Part shown: in pieces, positions 1 to 7,702 of the stretch
Numbering within the stretch: the stretch's first letter is position 1
Layout of the letters: each line of letters starts with the position of its first letter
Origin: Kiritimatiellia bacterium
GTDB taxonomy: Bacteria; Verrucomicrobiota; Kiritimatiellia; RFP12; UBA1067
DNA length: 64,000 nucleotides
Assembly (NCBI GenBank): GCA_045656285.1
Contig: JAZOQY010000041.1
Coordinates: 129,404 to 193,403, forward strand
Reading direction: 5' to 3'
Made by a program: the position numbers and the translations under genes
Notes under the pieces: generated by a model
Databases searched by the model: none
Seen by the model: the letters and a program-made list of their open reading frames with translations, nothing else
What the model was told of the DNA's origin: nothing

Positions 1-553
1 TGTCACCGGCGGCGAGCTGATGGACTCTTTGGCGATAACTGGCGGCGTGACGCTCGCCAAGGCGTTGAAGCTGATAAACCGCAACGCCCTTCCGCCCGAA
101 GTAAAGCAGAACGACGACGATGCGACGTTCGCGAAAAAACTGAAAAAGTCGGACGGGCTCATAAAGTGGGACGACCCGGTGATTTTCGTCGAGCGCAAGA
201 TCCGCGCGTACATGCCTTGGCCCGGAACCCACACCTTCCTGCCGCCCAGACTGAGGAAAAAGGGTTCGTCGGGACGAATCTCGATCCTGAAGGCCGCCAT
301 CGTCAATCTGATCGAACCGGCTTGGCGCACGGCAAAACCGGGAACGGTCCTCAAATGCGTTAAAACTCCGCTTAAAGAAGGCCCCTTGAGCGAAGCCCTT
401 CCGCCCAAAGCGACAGGCCCGATAGTGAAGTGTCTCGATACGGCCCTCATCCTCCTGGAGGTCAAGCCCGAGGGCGGCTCGAAGATGGACGGCGGAGCCT
501 TTCTTGCAGGGCGCAACCTTGCAGAAGGCGAAGACGCCTTCTTGAGCGAATGA
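1..553 (+). CDS. fmt: Methionyl-tRNA formyltransferase, C-terminal part (5' end lies outside the window)
   Basis: The open frame runs from the window edge. The C-terminal Fmt domain signature is present (…LKCVKTP…EVKPEGGSKMDGGAFLAGRNL…). Confidence 0.75.
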   Translation, partial: VTGGELMDSLAITGGVTLAKALKLINRNALPPEVKQNDDDATFAKKLKKSDGLIKWDDPVIFVERKIRAYMPWPGTHTFLPPRLRKKGSSGRISILKAAIVNLIEPAWRTAKPGTVLKCVKTPLKEGPLSEALPPKATGPIVKCLDTALILLEVKPEGGSKMDGGAFLAGRNLAEGEDAFLSE

Positions 554-609
554 CAACCCCGCTGACCGTCCGTAGAAACCCGCTCTGTTCCGGGTCCGGA
601 TTCTGAACG

Positions 610-1446
610 CTATTCGGAAACAGCCTCGAGGTCATCCCAGCAGATTTCGCCTTCGAAGACCTTCTTCGTCGGGCCTGTCAACGTAACCGCCGAAAAACGC
701 TCTCCGTCGAACACGCCGTCAACGAGAAGATTGTAGCCATAGCTCGTTTTGACGTTCACGGGGAATTCAAGCCCGTAATCCTTTACGCCGATTACCGACG
801 CCGACACGGCTCCTGTTCCGCACGCGCCGGTTTCCGCCTCGACACCGCGTTCGTAGGTCCTTATGAAGACGCAGTTCGGTTTTTTGTATTTCACAAAATC
901 CACATTCGTCCCCGCAGGCGCGAACTCTTCGCTCATGCGTATTTCGCGACCCGACTTCTCCACGTCGACAGCGGAAAGATTCTCGACGGGGACGATTTTG
1001 TGCGGAACGCCGACAACAACGAAATCCTCCGAGAAATCCACCGGAGGAGGCATCGCGATCTTGACCAGGTTCTCGCCCATGATTTCGGCGCAGATGATGC
1101 CGGCGACCGTCTCGAAACTCATCACATCGCTTTTTGCCGCGCCTATCTCGCGGGCGAAGGCGGCGATGCATCGCGCACCGTTTCCGCACATCTCGGCTTC
1201 CGTGCCGTCAGGGTTGAAGAAGACCATCTTGAAATCGCACTTTGCGGACTTCTGCAGGATGATGACTCCCTCGCACCCGACGCCGACATGCCGGGATGCC
1301 ATGACGGCGATGCGACGATGGTCATGGACGGGAAACTTCTCGTCGCGATCGTCTACGAGAATGAAATCATTCCCCGCTCCGTGCATTTTCGTAAATCTGA
1401 CGATATTCACAGCAACACCTCGCATGTCAAAACTACAGATTTTCAA
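610..1446 (-). CDS. dapF: Diaminopimelate epimerase
   Basis: Motifs KMHGAGNDFILVD, CGNGARC and GACGTGAV (the two catalytic Cys). An alternative start MRGV at 1425 would remove the 14-bp overlap with the next gene. Confidence 0.9.
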   Translation of the reverse strand: MKICSFDMRGVAVNIVRFTKMHGAGNDFILVDDRDEKFPVHDHRRIAVMASRHVGVGCEGVIILQKSAKCDFKMVFFNPDGTEAEMCGNGARCIAAFAREIGAAKSDVMSFETVAGIICAEIMGENLVKIAMPPPVDFSEDFVVVGVPHKIVPVENLSAVDVEKSGREIRMSEEFAPAGTNVDFVKYKKPNCVFIRTYERGVEAETGACGTGAVSASVIGVKDYGLEFPVNVKTSYGYNLLVDGVFDGERFSAVTLTGPTKKVFEGEICWDDLEAVSE

Positions 1447-3574
1447 ACAGGATGTCCATCCAGTTGATCTTTGGAGCCGGGATTTCAGCCCCTCCGGTCA
1501 TTACGACAAGGTCGCAGAGCACATTGTACGCCTCTTTCAGGACGACATCGTTTTTCCCGCCCGCCTTTAAGCGCGGAGTCGACTGCTCTTCGTCTTCAAG
1601 TTCCTTTTCAATGTTGACGGAACGGTCGCGCTTCATCATGGCCTTGCGGGCATTCCGTTCAAGAGGAACCTCCTTGCGGCCGAACACTTCACCCGCGAGA
1701 TCGACGGCTGCGATATGCTTGAGGAACTCGGAGTCGGCGCGTGTGCGGGCTTTCGAGTTCTTTCGCAGACGGCTGACGTATCCGTTGAGGTTCCAGACTC
1801 TGCGATAACCGGTCAAAGACAATTGGGTGAAAGGCAATGCATTGGGCAATTTGTCTTCACCTATGTCGAGATGATCCAGTATCGAAGGAAGATGAATATC
1901 GGATTCGACGCCTCTGACCTGGGTGGAATCGCCGTTGATCCGGTAAAACCTCGCTGTCGTGACCTTGACAGACCCGAAGCGTTCTTCATCTCCGTTTTGA
2001 TTGAGAGGAAGCATCGTCTGGACCGTGCCCTTGCCGTGGGTGCGAACATCGCCAAGAACCACCGCACGGCCGGAATCCTTTAGAAATCCGGCGACGATTT
2101 CCGAAGCCGACGCGCTAGCGCGATCGATAAGAACCACCACAGGCTTCTTGAACGCAATCGGATTGTCCGCAGGAATCCTCAGAGGGAACGTGGATTTTTT
2201 GTCTTTGATGAGAACAACGGTGCTGGAGGACGAAAAGAGCGCCGAAAGCATTACCGCCTCCTGAAGACTTCCGCCGCCGTTGCCTCGCATGTCAAGCACA
2301 AGCCCTTCGACATTTTCGTCATTGAATCGGGCCAGATACTTCGCCACGTCCAAAGTACAGCTAAGAAAGCCCTCTTCTCCGAACTTTTTGTCCATGGTTC
2401 CGTAGAAGCTCGGCAGATAGACATAGCCGAGCTTCATCTCTCTCGCCGCCATGCTTACACGCTCGACATGGCCGGTCGCGGCCTGCTCCTCAAGCTTGAT
2501 CTCGTCTCTGACAAGCTCGATCTTTTTGTGTATCGCGCCGGACGGGTCGCTGCGCGGAATGACGTCAAGGGTGACTCGCGTTCCCTTTTCGCCGCGGATC
2601 TTCCTGACCGTCTTGTTCATCGGCTGCCACATGATGTCTTCCCATTCGCCGTCGCCCTGTCTGATCGCGACGATCTTGTCGCCTTTTTTGATCCGACCGT
2701 CGATGTCCATCGGGCCGCCCGGCATCACCTCGGCGATCTTGAGGGCGCCATCGTCCATCTGAAGAACGGCGCCGACCCCGCAGAGCTTGAGATTCATGCC
2801 CATTTCAAAATCCTCCTCGCTCATCGGAGAAAGATAGTCCGTATGCGGGTCATACGCCCTGCAGACGGCCGAAAGATAGTACTGCAGCACATTCTCATGG
2901 TCCGGCTCGGTCATCACGCGAAAATACTGAAGATACTTCTTCGAAAGAGACTCTTCCGTGGTAAGCTCGGGCTCTTTGTAGTCATCTTCATTCTTTTTGC
3001 CGGCGGACGATTCCTTCTTCGAATTCTCCTTCTTGGCATCATCCTCGGCGTCAAGCTCCTTGACGAGAGTCATGGCAAGATATTCGTTTTTGATGCGCTT
3101 GCGCCAAAGATCCTCGGCCTCTTCGCGCGTGGCGGGCCATTCGGCGTTCTTGCGGTCGAGGCAATACGATTCATCCCGGGAAAAATCCCAGTCGGTGTTG
3201 ACGATCAGATTTGTCGCGAATTCCACACGCTCGGCAAGTCTCTTCGAATAAAGTTCGTGGACCTCGTACCCGAAGCTGACATCTCCGGATTTTATCTCAT
3301 CGTCGATGAGATCCCTGTGCCGCGCGAGAGATTCGATGTCGGACTTCAGAAAAATCGTATGGTCGGAATCGTAGAAGGTAACGAGGTTGGTCCATGCCGT
3401 CCTGGAGATCGCATCGTCGAATTTCTGGTCCAAGACATGACAGCGCGAGATTTCGCGGGCCACCCTTCTGGCCACTTCTCCGTAGTGGGATTCGGGCCTG
3501 AGCGGCTTGTTCGCGAACACCGAACCCGCCGCCAGCGCAAAAACGGCACAAATGATCAGGTTTACTTTTTTCAT
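1433..3574 (-). CDS. Carboxyl-terminal processing (tail-specific) protease, S41 family, secreted
   Basis: N-terminal signal peptide. S41 core …VVVLIDRASASASEIVAGFLKDSGRAVVLG…THGKGTVQT. ATG at 3572–3574; ATGA overlap with the upstream NERD gene's stop. Confidence 0.85.
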   Translation of the reverse strand: MKKVNLIICAVFALAAGSVFANKPLRPESHYGEVARRVAREISRCHVLDQKFDDAISRTAWTNLVTFYDSDHTIFLKSDIESLARHRDLIDDEIKSGDVSFGYEVHELYSKRLAERVEFATNLIVNTDWDFSRDESYCLDRKNAEWPATREEAEDLWRKRIKNEYLAMTLVKELDAEDDAKKENSKKESSAGKKNEDDYKEPELTTEESLSKKYLQYFRVMTEPDHENVLQYYLSAVCRAYDPHTDYLSPMSEEDFEMGMNLKLCGVGAVLQMDDGALKIAEVMPGGPMDIDGRIKKGDKIVAIRQGDGEWEDIMWQPMNKTVRKIRGEKGTRVTLDVIPRSDPSGAIHKKIELVRDEIKLEEQAATGHVERVSMAAREMKLGYVYLPSFYGTMDKKFGEEGFLSCTLDVAKYLARFNDENVEGLVLDMRGNGGGSLQEAVMLSALFSSSSTVVLIKDKKSTFPLRIPADNPIAFKKPVVVLIDRASASASEIVAGFLKDSGRAVVLGDVRTHGKGTVQTMLPLNQNGDEERFGSVKVTTARFYRINGDSTQVRGVESDIHLPSILDHLDIGEDKLPNALPFTQLSLTGYRRVWNLNGYVSRLRKNSKARTRADSEFLKHIAAVDLAGEVFGRKEVPLERNARKAMMKRDRSVNIEKELEDEEQSTPRLKAGGKNDVVLKEAYNVLCDLVVMTGGAEIPAPKINWMDILFENL

Positions 3575-4248
3575 ATGTTGTTCTCCATAAGGCTTATCAG
3601 GCGATCAAGTTCATCGGACGCAAGAACGACTCGCTCTGTCGAAAAACTTCTCTGTATCTCTCTGGCGTTAAGCACCACCGCACCGTTGAGTTCTGCGATG
3701 TGCGAAACGAAGGAATCCGAAGCAAAAACCAGAATCGGTATCACAGCCCCGTTCCAGCCCGCCTTTTCAAGCGTTCTTTTAACCGCCGCGGCCTCGTTCA
3801 GAACCTGGGCGAGAGGCGCACGGGACGGCTCGACTCCGTCGACAAGGATCCGCCCCTCCTCGATGGAGACCCTGCCGCGCCAGAACTTCGTTTCAACGGC
3901 GAAAACACCGGCCGGCCCGACCACGACATGATCGACCTGGCAGCCATCGGCGGAAAAATCGTTGAAGACATGATATGAGGACGAAAGTCCGGAAAGCAGA
4001 TTCGATACGCGCTCTTCGCCCCTGGCGCCGATAAAATGCCGTTCTATGCGCTTTACTCCGGATATCAATCCGGCGCATCCCAAGCCGAGGGAAACGACCA
4101 GCATCGACATGCCCACGACGAGATGCCCCGTCAACGCCAGAGTCACCGAAACCCCGGTCGCAAAAAAAGCCGCGAAAATCGGCACAAAACCGATGAACGT
4201 ACCTCTTATCCGGGCTCCTTCACCGGCCACACCGTGAATTTTAGCCAT
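3571..4248 (-). CDS. NERD-domain membrane protein (two N-terminal TM helices plus a nuclease-related domain)
   Basis: NERD signature HVFNDFSADGCQVDHVVVGPAGVFAVETKFWRG. The start is ambiguous: ATG at 4248 (MAKIHG…) or 4266. It overlaps the dxs stop by 8 or 26 bp. Confidence 0.6.
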   Translation of the reverse strand: MAKIHGVAGEGARIRGTFIGFVPIFAAFFATGVSVTLALTGHLVVGMSMLVVSLGLGCAGLISGVKRIERHFIGARGEERVSNLLSGLSSSYHVFNDFSADGCQVDHVVVGPAGVFAVETKFWRGRVSIEEGRILVDGVEPSRAPLAQVLNEAAAVKRTLEKAGWNGAVIPILVFASDSFVSHIAELNGAVVLNAREIQRSFSTERVVLASDELDRLISLMENNI

Positions 4249-5992
4249 TCGAATCCTCCTTTGCAATCATTGTAAAACCGGCGTCCTTCAGACGCTCCGC
4301 AATAGACTCCACGTCAAGGCCGTACGCTTTTTCAAGCGACGGGATGTCGCCGTGGACAATAAGTTCATCAGGCCACCCGAACTTGAATTCGGCGCCGAGC
4401 ATCTCGCCCAGGCCTCCTATGACCGAACCGTTTTCGATCGTGGCGATCTTGACTCCGTCGGCCTTCAGCGCCTCTATTCTCGAGAAATCAAACGGCTTCA
4501 GATAGCGGGCATGGATAACCTCCGCCGAAAACATATCGCCCAAAACGCACGCTTTGGCGTACTGGTCGCCGGTAGCCACAATGCAAAGCCTGGCATCGCC
4601 TCTCTCCGGCGCAGGATCGATCCTTTCAGGAGCCTCGCCGCGCGGATAACGGATCAAAGTAGGCCCGTTTCTCTGAAGGGCTTCGTCGAAAAGGGCCTCG
4701 AAATCCTCGGCGTCGCGAGGCTGGCAGATAACAAGGTTCGGGATCGCCCTCGTCATCGCCACATCATAAACCCCCTGGTGGGTGACACCGTCGGCGCCGA
4801 CCGCGCCGGCGCGATCCACGCAGAATACGACGGGCAGATTCGATATCGCAACATCATGAAGAACCTGATCGACAGCCCTCTGCAAAAACGTCGAATAGAC
4901 AGCCACCACCGGACGGTATCCGCCGGCGGCCAGTCCGGCCGCAAAAGACACCATGTGCCCTTCGGCGATACCGACATCAAAAAACCTCTCCCTGAAACGG
5001 CCGGAGAAACCGGAGAGCCCCGTCCCGTCAACCATTCCGGCCGTAAGCGCGACAATCTTCGGATTCTTTTCGGCCCTGTCCACCAGAGTCGCGCCGAACA
5101 CGTCGCTCCATGAACGCGAAGCCGCGGCCATGTCCGCGCCGTCCGCCGGCGAATCGGGATCGAACGGACCTACTCCGTGCCACAAGGTCGGCGAATCTTC
5201 AGCAGGCTTGAAACCCTTGCCTTTTTTCGTCACAACATGAACGATGACGCTGCGCTTGTCTTCTTTGGCGACGGTGAAGGCGGCCTTGAGGGCGTTCAGG
5301 TTGTGTCCGTCCACAGGACCGATGTATCTCAGCCCGAACTGCTCGAAGAATCTGCTGCCGAGAAACAGGGACTTGAGCCGGCTTTCAAGATTATGGTAAA
5401 GCCTTCTCAGAAAAGTCAGCTTCAGCACGTGCCCCGCCTTTTCGGCCGAAGCCTTCATGCGATTGTATTTGACTCCGGAGATCAAACGCCCCAGAAAACG
5501 CGAAAAGCTCCCTGCCGGCTTTGAAATGCTCATCCCGTTGTCGTTGAGCACGAGAATAACCTTGCGCGTAAGAGCAGCGCAATTGTTGATCGCCTCGAAA
5601 CATGTGCCGTTGACCAAAGACGAATCGCCTACGACCGCCACGACATTCTCGTCGGTTCCACGCATGTCACGCGCGGCGGCATATCCCTCGGCAAGAGAGA
5701 GGGCCACCCCGGCATGACCGGCGACGGCCGCGTCGCATTCCGACTCTGCGGGGTTCGGGAAACCGGAAATGCCGCCGAAGGTGCGAAGCGACGAAAAGGA
5801 ATCTCCGCGCCCCGTCAAGATCTTCCACGCATAAGACTGATGCCCGACATCCCAGACGATACGATCGACGGCAGGATCGAAAACATCGGCCAGCGCCATC
5901 GAAATTTCAACGGCTCCGAGCGAAGACGCGAGATGACCGCCGTTTTCGGAAACGGTCTTTATTATCCTGTCGCGAATCTCCTGGGCCGTCAT
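4241..5992 (-). CDS. dxs: 1-deoxy-D-xylulose-5-phosphate synthase
   Basis: GGHLASSLGAVEISMALADVFDP…DRIVWDVGHQSYAWKILTGR and the TPP/transketolase-like body. The track ORF extends to 6211, but the Dxs-like sequence begins at MTAQEIRDRII, whose ATG (5990–5992) forms an ATGA overlap with the upstream gene's stop. The resulting N-terminus is short. Confidence 0.85.
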   Translation of the reverse strand: MTAQEIRDRIIKTVSENGGHLASSLGAVEISMALADVFDPAVDRIVWDVGHQSYAWKILTGRGDSFSSLRTFGGISGFPNPAESECDAAVAGHAGVALSLAEGYAAARDMRGTDENVVAVVGDSSLVNGTCFEAINNCAALTRKVILVLNDNGMSISKPAGSFSRFLGRLISGVKYNRMKASAEKAGHVLKLTFLRRLYHNLESRLKSLFLGSRFFEQFGLRYIGPVDGHNLNALKAAFTVAKEDKRSVIVHVVTKKGKGFKPAEDSPTLWHGVGPFDPDSPADGADMAAASRSWSDVFGATLVDRAEKNPKIVALTAGMVDGTGLSGFSGRFRERFFDVGIAEGHMVSFAAGLAAGGYRPVVAVYSTFLQRAVDQVLHDVAISNLPVVFCVDRAGAVGADGVTHQGVYDVAMTRAIPNLVICQPRDAEDFEALFDEALQRNGPTLIRYPRGEAPERIDPAPERGDARLCIVATGDQYAKACVLGDMFSAEVIHARYLKPFDFSRIEALKADGVKIATIENGSVIGGLGEMLGAEFKFGWPDELIVHGDIPSLEKAYGLDVESIAERLKDAGFTMIAKEDSNG

Positions 5993-7518
5993 CTCGGCAC
6001 TCCCTCCGCCAGCTTGAGGAAAAGAAGAGTGGTCGAGTTCTGCCCGAAACGCTCCATCCTGCCCGCACACGTGTAACGCGAAGACAAAATGTTCCAGAAC
6101 TCGAGCTGCTCCGCCTTTGGACGCTCGTCGCAAACGGGCGGATCGACGGCGAAAGTGTACCCCGAAAGCGCCGCAACCGGGCAGTCGGACGTCGAAAGAA
6201 GATCTCTCCATTGATCGTCCTCAAGAATGCTGAACGGCCCCATCTCAAGCCCGTCGGGAACCTTTCTGCCTGTTTCTATCGCCAGATACAGATCCTGCGT
6301 CAAAAGCATGTCGCCGCCGGGATCGAGACGCTCGATCTCACGCGCGGCCTCGCGCAGAGCGGCGAGCTCGCTCTTGTCTTTCGTTATCGCCCAAAAGCGA
6401 TCTTGCCCGTCGGTCGTCCAGTCCTGAAGGAGCGGCGAACCGAAGGAGACGGCAAACGACAACCCTATTGCGAGCCATGCCGAAACAACGCCGGACTTTG
6501 ACGGATTGAATATATCTGCATACTGAAAAACGACGACGGATGCCACGGCCAAAAGCCCCATCACGGGAACTTGATAATCCTCGTAGGGGTAAGGAGCCGC
6601 CGTTTGAAGAAGCATTACGGCGCACGCGCCGCCCAAAATGGCGGCAAGATTGGCCCGGACCGCAAAAGGAGCCGTCCTGAAACAGTTTTTGAAACCGCCG
6701 CCGATCATCCCCAATCCGGCGATTATAAAGACCGGCAAATACCATCTCACCAGACGGCTTAGACTGCCGATGACGAAAACAGGCGAAAAGCCGCTTCGCG
6801 CCGCATGATACTTCTGAGCCTCGCACAAGCCAAGGAAAGCCTCGGAGTCGCAAAGATAAACGCCGTACACGGCAAACAACCCGACAACGCCGCCGAGACC
6901 GAAAAAGAGAAAGCTCCATCTGAGGCGCGAAAAGCAGAAGAGCAGGACCAGACCGCACGCAAGCGGAAGAAGCGCAAGACTTATGCGCGCACCCGAGGCA
7001 AAAGCGAGCAAAGCGGCGCTGACGCTGAAAAGAAGATACCGTACGCCCGTCTTAGCCGCGGAGAACGCCAGATAGTAGAACAGATAGCCGAGCGCGACAA
7101 AGAAAGCCGCCAGCGCATAAGTTTTTGGGATAGATATGAAATACACATGAAAAAGATTGCACGCCAGAAGAATAAAGACCAGAAGCTTGGATGACTGCGC
7201 TTTAGACTTCTCGACAAGCCGCTCGGCGATCATGGCAAAAACCAGGACCCCCGCGATGCCGAAAAGCGCCGTAAACACGCGCGCTCCGGCCAATCCGAAG
7301 GAGTTCCATATAAACTTGAACGGAGAATAGACAACGGGAAGCAAGGGCCCTTGGGTATAGAAGAAATCCCTGTAGAGCATCTTGCCTTCGGACACGAGAT
7401 TCGCGGCATAAAGGTACCACCCTTCGTCCTGATTGATTCCGCCGAACCAGATAGAGGCCACGGTAAGGAACACACAAGCGAAGATGCCTAAAAACCAATA
7501 TTTTTTATGCGATTCCAT
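5989..7518 (-). CDS. Polytopic membrane glycosyltransferase, GT-C fold (PMT_2/ArnT-like, GT39/GT83 family)
   Basis: About 12 predicted TM helices. N-terminal …INQDEGWYLYAANLVSEGKMLYRDFFYTQGPLLP… resembles the DE/PPL loop of ArnT/PMT-type transferases. ATG at 7516–7518. Confidence 0.6.
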   Translation of the reverse strand: MESHKKYWFLGIFACVFLTVASIWFGGINQDEGWYLYAANLVSEGKMLYRDFFYTQGPLLPVVYSPFKFIWNSFGLAGARVFTALFGIAGVLVFAMIAERLVEKSKAQSSKLLVFILLACNLFHVYFISIPKTYALAAFFVALGYLFYYLAFSAAKTGVRYLLFSVSAALLAFASGARISLALLPLACGLVLLFCFSRLRWSFLFFGLGGVVGLFAVYGVYLCDSEAFLGLCEAQKYHAARSGFSPVFVIGSLSRLVRWYLPVFIIAGLGMIGGGFKNCFRTAPFAVRANLAAILGGACAVMLLQTAAPYPYEDYQVPVMGLLAVASVVVFQYADIFNPSKSGVVSAWLAIGLSFAVSFGSPLLQDWTTDGQDRFWAITKDKSELAALREAAREIERLDPGGDMLLTQDLYLAIETGRKVPDGLEMGPFSILEDDQWRDLLSTSDCPVAALSGYTFAVDPPVCDERPKAEQLEFWNILSSRYTCAGRMERFGQNSTTLLFLKLAEGVPR

Positions 7519-7539
7519 TTCGTTTTTCTTTGATATATA

Positions 7540-7550
7540 ATTATACCAAA
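7540..7550 (-). promoter_or_regulatory. Candidate extended −10 element TTTGGTATAAT about 21 nt upstream of the GT-C gene's ATG
   Basis: Reverse complement of attataccaaa. The same motif recurs at 24231, 43265 and 46291. Confidence 0.4.
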
Positions 7551-7702
7551 TTCAGAAGTGGCATAGCAAACTTCAACAATCCGAAATCACAGGCGCAAAC
7601 ACATGTTTTCAGGCGCATCCGCCAAGGCATCTCGCCCCAAACGGCATCGCAGCACATTTCGGTGAAATCAGTCAGCCCCGCAGTCGAACAGGCGCATCGG
7701 AA

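Noticed and set aside
554-609. Convergent fmt/dapF spacer inspected for a bidirectional terminator
   Set aside because: It contains only imperfect short palindromes (ccgggtccgg) and no clear stem plus U-tract, so no terminator is called.
2468-3931. 487-aa plus-strand ORF opposite the S41 protease gene
   Set aside because: It is an antisense shadow ORF. Its composition is biased (R/L/G-rich), it shows no motifs, and the opposite strand carries a clearly conserved protease.
7519-7702. 184-bp intergenic region checked for a tRNA or small RNA
   Set aside because: There is no T-loop-like GTTCRANYC element and no cloverleaf-compatible repeats. The region only contains the TTTGGTATAAT promoter-like block.
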